Assembly: GCA_963823665.1 (NCBI GenBank)
Contig: CAWGMQ010000005.1
Coordinates: 768,001 to 832,000, forward strand
DNA from: an uncultured Planctomycetota bacterium
GTDB taxonomy: Bacteria; Planctomycetota; Planctomycetia; Isosphaerales; Isosphaeraceae
DNA: 64,000 bases
Direction of reading: 5' to 3'
The position numbers and the translations under genes were made by a program. Shown piece after piece: positions 10,359 to 21,421 of this stretch. The notes below the pieces were generated by a model that saw only the letters and a program-made list of their open reading frames with translations, was not told the DNA's origin and ran no database searches. Each line of letters begins with the position of its first letter. Position 1 is the stretch's first letter.

Positions 10359-10569
10359 GAAGGTCCTTGTTATAGGAAATGGACCGAAACCACCAGGGCA
10401 ACCGGCCGGGATACCTTACCGCGCTGACTGGACGGGCAAGCCTGCGAAATAATTCTCGCGAAAGTGGAGCGCGTGAGCGCTCGAACCGTTCTAGGTTTGA
10501 CTCAGGGCCGGGGGCTCGATGATGTCACGGTGCGAAGTGTCGACGTACCGCCTGGTTTGAGGTGGTCTC

Positions 10570-12951
10570 ATGTATACAAACGGCTCGATGGTCGCGGATA
10601 CGGGTGATGGTTCCGGAATGGATGTCGGAACACGGTATCGGACATTATGGCTGCACGCGACCGGTGGACTTGGAGAGGTCTTTGGCGCCATCGATACCGA
10701 GCTGGACCGGCAGGTTGCTCTCAAGCGGTTGCAGCATGCGCAGGCGCAGAATCCCTCGAGTCGCGAGCGATTCGTGGCCGAAGCTGGGATCACTGGAAAC
10801 CTGGAACATCCGGGAATTGTCCCGGTCTACGGTCTGGGAACCGGGTCTGACGGGCGCCCGTACTACGCGATGCGGTTCGTGAAGGGTGAGACGTTGTCGT
10901 CGGCCATTCACCGCTTTCATTCGGGGCTAGATGGCGACTTCACCGGACGGGAGTTTCGGTGGCTGTTGCGGAGATTCATGGACGCGTGCAACCCGGTCGC
11001 GTATGCACATAGCCGAGGGATACTGCACCGTGACTTGAAGCCGAGCAACATCATGCTCGGCCCATTCGGCGAAACGATGGTGATGGATTGGGGCGTCGCG
11101 AAGGTGATCGCCGGCGTAGAGCCGCGAGACACAATCACCGACGAATCGCGGGCGGCGCTGGAGCGACACCGGTGCCGCAGCTTGGGGAACGGCGTGGTGA
11201 CCCTGGACGGCCATACGGTTGGCACCCCGGCCTTCATGAGCCCGGAGCAAGCGGCAGGGCGGCTGGACTCGCTCGGTCCGGCCAGCGACGTCTACAGCTT
11301 GGGCGCGACGTTGTACGTCCTGCTCACTGATCAGCGGCCTTTTGCCGGCCTAACCGAGCAAATTCTTGCGGACGTAAAGCAGGGTCGGTACCTGCTCCCG
11401 CGCACCGTCAAACCGGCGCTTCCGCCCGCGCTCGAAGCCATCTGCCTTCGGGCGATGGCGCTGGATCCACGCAAGCGTTACGAAACGGCACTGCAGCTCG
11501 CCGAGGACATTGAACGATGGCTAGCCGACGAAGCCGTTACGGCGTGGGATGACCCTTGGCTCGACCGCTGCGGTCGCTGGGTCCGGCGGCATAAACCGAT
11601 CATGGCGGGCGCGGCCGCCGCGGCGGGGATGGCACTGATGGCTCTGGGTTTGGCCGTGCCGGTGCTCTCGCTCGCCTGGGGCAACGAATCGGCTGCGCGG
11701 CGCAACGAACAGAAGTTGAGAATTCTGGCCATGCAAAAAGCCGAGGAAGCCTACGAGCTGCAAAAAGTGTCGGACCGTAGTTTGGAAACGGCTCGCCGCG
11801 AGCAAGCTGCCGCGGTTGCCAGCGAGACACATGCCAAAGAAGAACAAGCTCGCGCCAGGAAGACCCTCGAGTTTCTGGTCGCGGCGTTCCGCAAGCCCGA
11901 CCCCGCCCTGGACGGCCGTTCGCTCAAGGTCGTTGACTTGCTCGATCGCGCTGTTCGGGAGCTGAACGAATCATTTCGCGATCAACCTCTGATGGAAGCG
12001 ACGATCTTGAGTGCGATCGGCCAGACGTTCGGCGGGCTCGGGATGCCCGAGAAATCGCTTCCAGTACTCGAGCGGGCCGTAGCCCTTCGCGGTGGTACGC
12101 TGGGCGAGGATGATCCGGAAACGATGCGGGCAACCCATAACCTCGCGATGGCCTTTCAGGATGCGGGCCGATATCAAGAGGCGATCATTCTGCTCGAGCG
12201 AACATTGGCTCGCCGCAAGGGTCGGCAAAACTCGGATCCGACGGAGTTGATCGAGTCGCTGAACGACCTGGCGGTGGCTTACTGGGAGTCGGGCCAACCT
12301 GCCCGTGCCGTACCGCTCTACGAGGCGGCGCTCGAGAGGGTACGCGCCCGGCTCGGGGACGCGCACCCCGACACGCTCACGATCGTCGACAATCTTGCCG
12401 TGGCTTATGTCGCCAGTGGAGAGGCCGGGCGGGCCATCCCACTTCACGAGTCCGTGCTTCAGAAACTGCGGGACACGCTGGGTGAGGATCACCTCACCAC
12501 GTTGGTGACGATGAACAACCTGGCGCGGGCCTACGAAGCTGGCCTCCGGCACACAAAATCGATCGAGCTTTACGAAAGGGCCGTTCCGAGATTGCGAGTG
12601 AAACTCAGCGACGATCATCCCACCGTATTGACGGCGATGTGCGGGATGGCGCGTGCATACCAGTCGATCGGTAGGCTTTCCCAGGCCATCAGCGTGCTCG
12701 AAGTCGTCCTGGTGAAGCGCCGGGTGAAACTTGGCGATGATCACCCGGAGACTCTGATGACTCTGTTCGAGCTTGCAAGTGCCTACTCGGCGAATGGCCA
12801 GCACGAGAAAGGCTTGACTCTTGTGCGCGAATTCCGCGATCGGACCCAGAAGGCCGCCGATACCCTGCCGGTCAAAGTTCGCGAAACCATTCCACACGCG
12901 CGGAAATTGTTCGAGTCGCTCTCGGAAAGAGTCAAGTTCCTGTCGCCGTGA
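10570..12951 (+). CDS. Ser/Thr protein kinase with TM helix and TPR repeats
   Basis: GGLGEV, VALK, HRDLKPSN, DWG and GTPAFMSPEQ motifs; C-terminal LG.DHP.TL..NNLA repeats. Confidence 0.93.
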   Translation: MYTNGSMVADTGDGSGMDVGTRYRTLWLHATGGLGEVFGAIDTELDRQVALKRLQHAQAQNPSSRERFVAEAGITGNLEHPGIVPVYGLGTGSDGRPYYAMRFVKGETLSSAIHRFHSGLDGDFTGREFRWLLRRFMDACNPVAYAHSRGILHRDLKPSNIMLGPFGETMVMDWGVAKVIAGVEPRDTITDESRAALERHRCRSLGNGVVTLDGHTVGTPAFMSPEQAAGRLDSLGPASDVYSLGATLYVLLTDQRPFAGLTEQILADVKQGRYLLPRTVKPALPPALEAICLRAMALDPRKRYETALQLAEDIERWLADEAVTAWDDPWLDRCGRWVRRHKPIMAGAAAAAGMALMALGLAVPVLSLAWGNESAARRNEQKLRILAMQKAEEAYELQKVSDRSLETARREQAAAVASETHAKEEQARARKTLEFLVAAFRKPDPALDGRSLKVVDLLDRAVRELNESFRDQPLMEATILSAIGQTFGGLGMPEKSLPVLERAVALRGGTLGEDDPETMRATHNLAMAFQDAGRYQEAIILLERTLARRKGRQNSDPTELIESLNDLAVAYWESGQPARAVPLYEAALERVRARLGDAHPDTLTIVDNLAVAYVASGEAGRAIPLHESVLQKLRDTLGEDHLTTLVTMNNLARAYEAGLRHTKSIELYERAVPRLRVKLSDDHPTVLTAMCGMARAYQSIGRLSQAISVLEVVLVKRRVKLGDDHPETLMTLFELASAYSANGQHEKGLTLVREFRDRTQKAADTLPVKVRETIPHARKLFESLSERVKFLSP

Positions 12952-13027
12952 GGCGAGAGCCTACGAAAGTATAGTGGTTGACAAAGACACGAGGATGTCA
13001 CGCGAGCCGGACCGCCAGGAGGCTGGG

Positions 13028-13237
13028 ATGCTGGTATTGACCCGCAAGCAATCGCAACAAATCGTAATCGGGCGCGATATTCGGATCACCATCGTGAAGC
13101 TCGACCGCAACCAGGTTCGTCTCGGGATCGACGCTCCACCCGGAATGACCATCCTTCGCGAGGAATTGACCAGACGGAGCGACCCCGCGACGGCCTGCGA
13201 CGACAAGAATGAATGGCACCGCAGTCGCGCGAATTGA
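13028..13237 (+). CDS. csrA: Carbon storage regulator CsrA family
   Basis: MLVLTRK...IVIG..I.I.....QVRLGIDAP....ILREEL. Confidence 0.9.
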   Translation: MLVLTRKQSQQIVIGRDIRITIVKLDRNQVRLGIDAPPGMTILREELTRRSDPATACDDKNEWHRSRAN

Positions 13238-13272
13238 CGGCACCCGAGCCGGATGGCGATTTCAGCCGCGCG

Positions 13273-14028
13273 TCAAATCGGCGGCGGTTGACCTGCAGGT
13301 GTGACCATCTCGCCGCCAGCGTCGACGTCCAGGGACGTCGCCCCTTCGAAAAATCGGTCGGCGAGCTTGCTTACCGCGAGGCTTTCCAGACAGAGGCCGA
13401 TCTTGGGACTGATGAAGTTCTTCTGGTCCTTGGGGAATTCGAAGATCAGGGCCACTTCGTGAACACCGCTCGACTCGGAGTAGACGTAAACCTCCAGATC
13501 CTTGGTCGAAAGATCTTTCGTCACGGCCTTGAAGTTGTTTACGCGGTTTCCATGACTCTTTGACGCGTTTTTGAGCTCTCCAGCGGCGAGCTCGATGCTA
13601 TAAGCTGACTTGACCAGTTCGACGACGTCATCGAGAAACTTGCCGCGCACAACCGTCTCGACGGGCGCCGCCGCCTTCTTGCCGCTCGGCGGGGCCTTCG
13701 GCTTCTTCACTCGAGCAACGACGTGGAGACTCGCCCCCTTTTTCTGATCGATGAAACTGTTCTCGATGTCAAACCTCCCGGCCTCAACGCCGGTCAGGCC
13801 AAAAGCCTGCGTTGGCCCCTCGAGCCCGAGCGGAGGACGGACGAAAATCGAATCACCCTGGAGCATTCCCTTCGTCGGCGCCGCCTCAAGGTTTTCGTTC
13901 AGACGCTTTTCATACTTCCTTTCTTCCAACGTTTTCTCGAGCCGAATGTCATAGTCCTTGCATCCAATCGCCACGATAAAGGACGCGCTGGCCAAGACCG
14001 CGAGAGCACGTTTCATCATTAACCTCAT
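13273..14028 (-). CDS. Hypothetical lipoprotein
   Basis: Signal peptide ending AIGC; 251-aa ORF with protein-like composition. Confidence 0.7.
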   Translation of the reverse strand: MRLMMKRALAVLASASFIVAIGCKDYDIRLEKTLEERKYEKRLNENLEAAPTKGMLQGDSIFVRPPLGLEGPTQAFGLTGVEAGRFDIENSFIDQKKGASLHVVARVKKPKAPPSGKKAAAPVETVVRGKFLDDVVELVKSAYSIELAAGELKNASKSHGNRVNNFKAVTKDLSTKDLEVYVYSESSGVHEVALIFEFPKDQKNFISPKIGLCLESLAVSKLADRFFEGATSLDVDAGGEMVTPAGQPPPI

Positions 14029-14202
14029 GCATGGCGAAGACGTTGGCTGTTGCTCGTTTACAGATAATAATTAACTGTCGGCAGGATCGAGCGGGATGTC
14101 AAGCCTCGGGTGGCGCCAGAGGCGATATCACGCCCCGATCAATGACTTGGGGCGCATCGGGCTGCCCCGCACGCCTTGGCTCTCGAGTCGGAAGCCGCTC
14201 TC

Positions 14203-14589
14203 ATGACCGAACCGGATGATCGAGTGGCCAATGCTTCGCCGCACGGTGCTCAAGAGGGCTTGGTTCATCGTGCCCGTGTCGTTCAGATCATCGCCATGGT
14301 CAAGCCGTTTCGGGCGCAGGCCGTGCTGGCGGCGCTTGAGTCGGTTGACGTGCTGGCCGGCACGGTTCGTGAAGCGATGGGCTACGGCAGACAGAAGGAC
14401 CGCCTGCACCAATACCTCGGAAGCGAATACAATTCGTCATTCGTTCCCAAGGTCGAGCTGTCCGTGCTGGTGCGCGAAGAAGATGCGCCCGCCGCGGTCA
14501 AGGCGATCGTGGGCCAAGCTCGTACCGGCCGAATCGGCGATGGCAAGGTCTTGGTGTTCCCGTGCTACGAAGAGTATCTGAGCTGGTAG
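14203..14589 (+). CDS. P-II family nitrogen regulator (start uncertain)
   Basis: KPF, GYGRQK, GSEY, PKV and TGRIGDGKV motifs. Confidence 0.88.
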   Translation: MTEPDDRVANASPHGAQEGLVHRARVVQIIAMVKPFRAQAVLAALESVDVLAGTVREAMGYGRQKDRLHQYLGSEYNSSFVPKVELSVLVREEDAPAAVKAIVGQARTGRIGDGKVLVFPCYEEYLSW

Positions 14590-14638
14590 ATTTGCGGCGT
14601 TCTTCAAGACGGGAGCAGAGAAAACGATACACAGCCGG

Positions 14639-15493
14639 TCAATGCGGCGTGTTGACCCAGAGAACACGGCGAAAGCGCTTATGCGCGTTGTCCTCGAGGT
14701 CGACGAGCACCTGTTGAGGCACGGTACGCGGATTCTGGGCACGAAGCAACGCATAGCGACCGCATTGCTCGAACCAACGCACAACCGGTTGATTGTCCAG
14801 CCAGGCCACTACGAGCTTCCCGTCGAGCTGCTGCACATCCTCCTCTTCCTTGGCATAAGCGACTGACGCGCCATCGGCGATGATTGGGGCCATCGCGTCT
14901 CCGCTCACGCAAACGCAACGGTTCTCACGCTGCGCCGCCAGCCATTCTCGGCGAGAATCGGCGACCCGAGCGCTTTCGTCGATCTGGGACACAGTTGTGC
15001 CTTCTGCGCTCGTTGCGGCTGTGAGCTCGCGAAAGGCCCGATGGTCTAAATTTGGGGCCGAAAGATCGGCCTCGCCGGAAAGCCGGTTGACTGCAATCGA
15101 AACGTCAGGGATGCCTTCACCGGATGGTGGCCGGACGCGCTCGTTTTTTTCTTCCAGGAGCTGAAGGGCCGTTCGGAGCAGAGCACCGATGGTCACGGAC
15201 GGGGTCCCGCCGGCTCGGCAGCGCTCGGGACGCGCACTACGGAATTTTGGCCCTTCGCCGTGCAACAGCCACACCGCCTCGACCGATGTAAGCTCGATGA
15301 TCTTCAAAATCACTTCGGCCGGAACGGTCACGCCGCCTTCATAGTTGTACCAGGTACGGACGGGTATACCCAGGCGTCGCGCCATCTCGGGCCCCCCTCG
15401 GTCCCCGTACAGCTCGGACCGCAACTGCGCTAGTCGTTCAGCCAAGGCGAGCTTGGCCCGAACCGATTCTGGGAGAGTCTTCCGACGTGCCAT
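14639..15493 (-). CDS. HTH transcriptional regulator with S24/LexA-like C-terminal domain
   Basis: XRE-like HTH (EMARRLGIPVRTWYNYE...WLLHGEG) and a C-terminal V.GDAM.P.I.DG segment. Confidence 0.75.
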   Translation of the reverse strand: MARRKTLPESVRAKLALAERLAQLRSELYGDRGGPEMARRLGIPVRTWYNYEGGVTVPAEVILKIIELTSVEAVWLLHGEGPKFRSARPERCRAGGTPSVTIGALLRTALQLLEEKNERVRPPSGEGIPDVSIAVNRLSGEADLSAPNLDHRAFRELTAATSAEGTTVSQIDESARVADSRREWLAAQRENRCVCVSGDAMAPIIADGASVAYAKEEEDVQQLDGKLVVAWLDNQPVVRWFEQCGRYALLRAQNPRTVPQQVLVDLEDNAHKRFRRVLWVNTPH

Positions 15494-16055
15494 TAGCGAT
15501 TTCCTACAAGCAATCTTGTGCCAATGAGTTCAGCTTCAGGTGCCAAGCAGATCGGCACACGCGATCGAGCACCTAGAGCTATTTAAAGCGTTTTGCGGGA
15601 GAAATCAATACGATTGTCGACAAAGCTGCCAAAGTTCAACAAAAGTTGACGGCGGTTTGACAAAGTCGGCGCAGCTTCAGGCCAGTTTCTTGCATGAATG
15701 GCGGCTTGGAGGACAGGATTCGGCTTCGCAGCCAGGCGAGTACGCCATCGACCGTGCTCGCTACCGCATACTATTACGACATCTTTCCAGAAATGCGACT
15801 ACTTGTGCGCAAAAATCACCATAAATCGCACCGTCCGGCAGCAGGCGATAGCCGAGATCGCCTTGCATAAAGGCTATCCAGCAAAGACATAACGTGCCGC
15901 GGCAATCAGACCGCTGCGAAGTCGAAAGTTTTCGATCCAAGGGTGCTTGACCGCGGGGATTGCTCAAACAAAGCAAGATCATCTGTTGTGCGAGTCATCC
16001 CCACACCTTTAGCGGATGCAGGATCGCATGATCCGGAGGCTGGTTGGGGGATCGT

Positions 16056-16686
16056 TCACTCATCATCATCCAGGTCGAGCTCGAGGAGAAAGTCGGCGAC
16101 CGCGTCGTCTTTGCCGGATTTCGCCGTCTTCTTGGCCCCTTCCAACGTGACGGTGGGGTCGCTCGACGACGTGTTCTTGGACGCGGCCAGAGGTCGAGTC
16201 GGTTCCGCAGGCACGTCATCATCGGCCAGAGGAATGCCCTCGATCTCCGGTACGGGTTCACCGTCGTCGAACTCCATTTCGAATTCTTCGTCGTCAGAGT
16301 CAGCGGAATCGTCGACGATTGCCTCGACCACCGCGGTGTCGCCGGCCTTGGGCTGCGACTCGGGGCTAGCCGGAAGCGGAGATGTCGGTTTGCCGATCTT
16401 CGCCACGCGCAGCGTGACCGCTCCGACCGTGAGTTCGTCTCCGTGTTTCAACGACTGTTCGCCCGTGACGCGCTTGCCGTTGACGTACGTCCCGTTGGAG
16501 CTGCCCAGATCACGGAGCATGAGTTGGCCGCCGACCTCGTACAGTTCGCAATGACGCCGGCTCACCTGTGCCGACTTGATGCGGATAACACAGTCGTCGT
16601 GGCGCTCCGAGGCTCGTCACGTTGTCGGTCAGCTTGAGTGTCGTCGTTGCGCTTCGGCCCCGCACGACCTGGAGTACATAGTTCAT
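16056..16686 (-). CDS. FHA domain protein with acidic tail (frameshift near 16605)
   Basis: SRRHC and DLGSSNGTYVNG FHA motifs; the N-terminus MNYVLQVVRG is in an adjacent frame. Confidence 0.85.
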
Positions 16687-16839
16687 CGTAGATGGCCCGT
16701 TAGTTTTTGCGACGTTGCAGGCGAGATGATTGGACTGATGGAAAGCCATCGAATGTAAAACTATCCGATCGCGCGTCTGGACGCAAATAGAAAGCGAGGA
16801 AGGCGCAAAGCGGCGAGGGTCCCTTTTGCGACTCGTGGC

Positions 16840-16867
16840 TTGAATTCCCGGGTGACCGCGCTATACT
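16840..16867 (+). promoter_or_regulatory. Sigma70-like promoter of tRNA-Gly/tig
   Basis: TTGAAT-16 bp-TATACT. Confidence 0.5.
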
Positions 16868-16945
16868 GATTCTGGTTTCGGATGGAGTTGAGATTGCGAA
16901 ACGCCCGGTTGACCTCGGGCGCAACTTCTCATCTCGCCAGGGCAT

Positions 16946-17017
16946 GCGGGAGTAGCTCAGGGGTAGAGCACCACGTTGCCAACGTGGCTGTCGAGGGTTC
17001 AAATCCCTTCTCCCGCT
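16946..17017 (+). tRNA. tRNA-Gly(GCC)
   Basis: GCGGGAGTAGCTCAGGGGTAGAGCACCACGTTGCCAACGTGGCTGTCGAGGGTTCAAATCCCTTCTCCCGCT cloverleaf. Confidence 0.95.
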
Positions 17018-17127
17018 CTCGATCGATACCATCCCGGGTCGGCGGCTTTCGCTCAAGCGCGTCCTGTGCGTGATGGCGGACCAAGCCATTCCGGCCGGAC
17101 GCGAAATGAGGAAAGGAAATGCAAGCG

Positions 17128-18601
17128 ATGAGCACCGATGAGAGCGAACCCGAGGTGTCGACTGCGGTGGCCGAAGGGGCCGATGGAGGCGAAGCCAAGC
17201 GAAAGCTTGAGCTCGAAGTTTCGATTACCGACGCTGGACCGTGCAAGAAACACTTGAAGATTCTCGATTCCGAGATCGGAGATCGACCTTCAGTACGAGC
17301 AATCGCTCGAGTCGTTGCGGAAGGATGCCGCCGTTCCTGGATTTCGGCCGGGCCGTGCACCGCGGCAGCTTATCGTCAAGCGGTTTCGGAAGCAGGTCTC
17401 GCAGCAGGTCAAGTCCAACTTGCTGATGTCGTCGCTCGATCAGATCGACAAGGAATACAAGCTCGAGCCCATCGTTCAGCCCCGGCTTGATATCGACGCG
17501 ATCGAAATTCCCGAAACCGGGCCGATGAGCTTCGAGATGGACATCGAGGTGCGGCCGCAGTTCGACCTGCCCACCTACAAGGGGCTCAAGGTCAAGCGAC
17601 CGGTCGCGGAGCTCACCGATAAAGATATCGACGATCAGTTGAATCGATTCCTGGAAGGCCGGGGAACGATCGTTCCCAAGCTCGAAGACAATGCGGAGAT
17701 CGGCGATTACATCACCGCCGATTTGACCTTCCTCGGCCCCGGCGGCCAGGTGCTCGATGAGCTCAAAGAAGCTCAGTTCCGGCTTCAGTCCGAGCTTCGC
17801 TTTCAGAATGGTACGATCAGGGGTGCCGGCCGCCGCCCTCGCGGGAGCCGCGCGCGGCGAAACGCGCGAAGTCCAAGCCACGCTCGGCTCGGCCGTCGAA
17901 GACCCAGAGCTGCGAGGCGCCACGATCGGCGTCAAGGTCTTGGTCAACGACCTGAAACGGTTGCGTCTTCCTGATTTGAACGACGAGTTCTTTGATTCGA
18001 TGGGCTTCGACGATCTGGCAGAATTGCGCGGCGCGATTGCCGAGATGCTGAAGCGCAAGATCCATTCGGAACAACGACAGGCCATGCACCGGCAGATCGT
18101 CGACCAGTTGCTCAGGCAGACGCCGTTCGATCTGCCGACCGATCTGGTGGCAGCGCGAAGAGAGGTCCACAATCCAGCGGCTGGTCGCGCAGTTCAGAGG
18201 GCGAAGGCAAGTCCGACAGGGAGATCAGAGCCAACGAAGCCCAGATCCGCGCCAACGCACACGAAAGGACCCTCCGCTCGCTCAAGGAATTGTTACTGCT
18301 CAGCCGGATCGCCGACGCCGAGAAGATCGAAGTGAGCGAGCAAGACGCCGCTCTCGAAATCGAAGCGATCGCCGCCCGAACCGACGAGAGCGTTCGACGG
18401 GTGCGGGCTCGAGTCGAAAAGGAGGGAGGCCCCGACTCTCTCATGACGCAGATCCTCGAGCGCAAAGTCATCGATCGCATTCTCGAAGAGACGATAGTCG
18501 AGGACGTCCAGACCACGATCGAGCCGGAAGAGGACGTCGAAACCATCGACTACGTTCTCAAGGCTCCGGCCGCCGCCGCGGACACCGGCAGCGAAACTTG
18601 A
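17128..18601 (+). CDS. tig: Trigger factor (several apparent frameshifts)
   Basis: VPGFRPGRAP ribosome-binding motif and EVRPQFDLPTYKGL; lies upstream of clpP; pieces are spread over several frames. Confidence 0.9.
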
Positions 18602-18618
18602 TTTTCAAGGAACGTTCC

Positions 18619-19257
18619 ATGGCCCCTGAAGCTCCTCTGGCCGACCCATTTCTTCAGCGCTACCGCGACTACACGCGGCAGCGTCAGATGACCTTGGGCG
18701 ACATGCTCCTCGAGAACCGGATCGTCTTTCTCGAAGGTGTTATCAACGACGCAGTCGCCAACTTGGCGGTCATGAAGTTCCTCTTCCTTCAGTACGAAAA
18801 TCGAACTCAGGGAATCAGTTTCTACATCAACAGCCCCGGCGGGAGCGTTTCGAGCACGCTGGCGATCTACGACACGATGCAGTTCATCGAGTGCCCGATC
18901 GCAACCTACTGCATCGGGTTGGCCGCCTCCGGCGCGGCCGTTCTCCTGGCCGGCGGGTCAAAGGGCCGCCGGTACGCCCTTCCACATGCGAAGATCATGA
19001 TCCATCAGCCCTATGGCCAGGTCGGCGGACAGGTCTCCGACATCGAGATCCAGGCCGAAGAGATCGTCAGGAGCAAGCACATCATCAACGAAATCCTGGC
19101 GAGACACACAGGCCAGCCCATCGAGCGCGTCTCGAGGGACACGGAACGTGATCGGTATCTGACCGCCGCTCAGGCCAAGGAGTACGGCCTGGTCGATGAG
19201 GTCGTCGGGCGCATCGCCGGCCTGGAAAAGGGCGCGCCTGCTTCACCCGCCTCTTGA
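18619..19257 (+). CDS. clpP: ClpP protease subunit
   Basis: YINSPGG, AAS, IMIHQP and DTERDRY motifs. Confidence 0.93.
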   Translation: MAPEAPLADPFLQRYRDYTRQRQMTLGDMLLENRIVFLEGVINDAVANLAVMKFLFLQYENRTQGISFYINSPGGSVSSTLAIYDTMQFIECPIATYCIGLAASGAAVLLAGGSKGRRYALPHAKIMIHQPYGQVGGQVSDIEIQAEEIVRSKHIINEILARHTGQPIERVSRDTERDRYLTAAQAKEYGLVDEVVGRIAGLEKGAPASPAS

Positions 19258-19281
19258 TCTCTTCGAGAAGGTTTCAGAATC

Positions 19282-19911
19282 ATGCCACTGGTCCCCATCG
19301 TGATCGAACGCAGCGGTCGTGAAGAGCGGGCGATGGATATCTATTCCCGCCTGCTTCAAGATCGAATCATTATCCTCGGCTCAACCATCGACGACACGGT
19401 TGCGAACCTGGTCGTCGCGCAGATGCTCGTCCTGGCCCATCAGGACGCCAAGGCCGACATCCATCTCTACGTCAACAGCCCCGGCGGCAGCGTGACGGCG
19501 GGCCTGGCGATCTACGACACCATGCAATGGGTCCCGTGCGACGTCGCCACGTACTGCATCGGCCAGTGCGCCAGTATGGGCTCGCTGCTCCTTGCCGCCG
19601 GCGCCCGAGGTAAGCGAAACGCCCTGCCCCACAGCCGCATCATGATCCATCAGCCGCTGGCGGGCATGGAAGGAACCGCGACCGACATATTGATCCACGC
19701 CGAGGAATTCATCCGGATGAAAAAGCAGCTCAACCAGATCTATCAGAAACACTCCGGCCAAACCCTCGAACGCTTGCAGGACGACACCGATCGCGACCGC
19801 TTCATGTCGCCGGAGGAAGCCAAGGAATACGGCTTGATCGATCAGGTCGTCGACCGCGAGCCAGCAATCCCGCTCAACCCCAACCCCGTTCCCTCATCGG
19901 GACGAGATTGA
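19282..19911 (+). CDS. clpP: ClpP protease subunit (second paralog)
   Basis: [26 protein letters not shown] and MIHQP motifs. Confidence 0.95.
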   Translation: MPLVPIVIERSGREERAMDIYSRLLQDRIIILGSTIDDTVANLVVAQMLVLAHQDAKADIHLYVNSPGGSVTAGLAIYDTMQWVPCDVATYCIGQCASMGSLLLAAGARGKRNALPHSRIMIHQPLAGMEGTATDILIHAEEFIRMKKQLNQIYQKHSGQTLERLQDDTDRDRFMSPEEAKEYGLIDQVVDREPAIPLNPNPVPSSGRD

Positions 19912-19916
19912 TCCGC

Positions 19917-20354
19917 TCATTGCCAGCCTGCCGCTTCCCGCATCAGTTCCTCGACGACGGCCTCATTCGCCTCGGGAAATCGAAGCGCACCAAGCTCTCG
20001 CACGGGCACCCAGCAGAAGCCGGTCTGGTCGGCTGGCTCCGCGAATGGCTCCGCGGGTGTGCAATCGTGAAAATGGAGTTCCACCAGCCCGTGCGGATAG
20101 CGATGCACGGTCTTGAACCGGCATCTCCCCACCACGACGAAGAGGCCGGTTTCCTCCAGGCATTCTCGCTCCACCGCCTCGACCGGCTGCTCACCGGGCT
20201 CGCACTTCCCGCCGGGAAACTCCCAGTACCCGGCGTAGATCGTCTGTTCCGGGCGCTTTCGCACCAGGAAACAGCCGTCTCGGCGGATCAAGCCGATCCC
20301 CACAACGGTCGGCCTCTCGTGATCCTCGGCACGGGAACGATCAAAGGGCGGCAT
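19917..20354 (-). CDS. NUDIX hydrolase, MutT-like
   Basis: WEFPGGKCEPGE...RECLEETG Nudix box. Confidence 0.88.
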   Translation of the reverse strand: MPPFDRSRAEDHERPTVVGIGLIRRDGCFLVRKRPEQTIYAGYWEFPGGKCEPGEQPVEAVERECLEETGLFVVVGRCRFKTVHRYPHGLVELHFHDCTPAEPFAEPADQTGFCWVPVRELGALRFPEANEAVVEELMREAAGWQ

Positions 20355-20365
20355 GGCAAAGAGCC

Positions 20366-21193
20366 TCAGGTCTTGCCCGCGGTGCCTTTCATCGCCTGCC
20401 TGGCGGCCTCGATCGCACGGCCGGGCGAGCCCATGATGCTGTAGCCGCAGTCGACGTGCATGATCTCGCCGGTGATGCCGCTGGCCAGGTCGGAAAGCAG
20501 GAACATCCCGGCTGAGCCAACTTCCTCACGTGTGATATTGCGCTCGAGCGGAGCGACGGCGACATACAGACCAGCCAGATCCTCGAAATCCCCGACCGCC
20601 GAAGCCGCCAGGGTTTTCACCGGCCCGGCCGAGAGCCCATTGACGCGAATCTTCTTGGGCCCGAGATCATAAGCCAGGTACTTGACGGCCGCGTCGAGTG
20701 CGGCCTTGCACACCCCCATCAGGTTATACCCGGGAATGACCCTCTCACCGCCCAGATACGTCAGCGTGAGGATCGACCCTCCTTCCGCAAGGACGCGAGC
20801 CGCGTGCCTGGCCACGATCGCCAGCGAGTACACGCTGATGTCCATCGCGGTCTTGAAGCCCTGGCGGCTCGATTGGACGAAGGGAACTTTCAAGTCTTCG
20901 ATCGGCGCAAACGCGATCGAGTGCAGCACAAAATCGAGGCTGCCGTAAGTCTCTTTGGCCAGGTCGAATACCCGGGCGACGTCGTCGTCATTCTGCACGT
21001 CGCAGGGGGTGATCACCTTCGCGCCGATCGGGTCAGCCAGCTTGCGAACCCGGCGCTCCATCTTGTCGCCTGGCAGGTGAGTGAAGCCGATTTCAGCGCC
21101 CTCGGCCAGGAGCTTCTGCGTGATGGCCCAGGCGATGCTGAAATCGTTCGCAACGCCCAGCACCATTCCCTTTTTTCCCGAAAAGAGTCCCAT
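20366..21193 (-). CDS. fabI: Enoyl-ACP reductase
   Basis: [27 protein letters not shown] and SAGPVKTLA motifs. Confidence 0.93.
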   Translation of the reverse strand: MGLFSGKKGMVLGVANDFSIAWAITQKLLAEGAEIGFTHLPGDKMERRVRKLADPIGAKVITPCDVQNDDDVARVFDLAKETYGSLDFVLHSIAFAPIEDLKVPFVQSSRQGFKTAMDISVYSLAIVARHAARVLAEGGSILTLTYLGGERVIPGYNLMGVCKAALDAAVKYLAYDLGPKKIRVNGLSAGPVKTLAASAVGDFEDLAGLYVAVAPLERNITREEVGSAGMFLLSDLASGITGEIMHVDCGYSIMGSPGRAIEAARQAMKGTAGKT

Positions 21194-21421
21194 TCCGCCA
21201 TCCCTTTCACTTCGTGCAATGCACGTCGCCCGCTTCAACTGCGCTGTAGTAGAATATCGCCACTCTCAAGCCCGCTCAACAACGACCTCCGCCTCCTTGG
21301 CGCCGATCCTGGACTTCGCTTTTCCGCTCGCCGGCACCGACGCACCAGTCTAGCGAATGATCGCGTTCGGGTCACCGCGGTTCCGGCAAGCCGAGCTTTG
21401 AATCCGTTCCTCAGCTCCACC

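Noticed and set aside
3182..10427. Long ORFs 3182..4141, 4157..6625 and 8901..10427
   Set aside because: Antisense shadows of real genes in high-GC DNA, with no recognisable motifs.
18619..19911. Tandem clpP paralogs as a novelty
   Set aside because: tig-clpP-clpP arrangements are well known.
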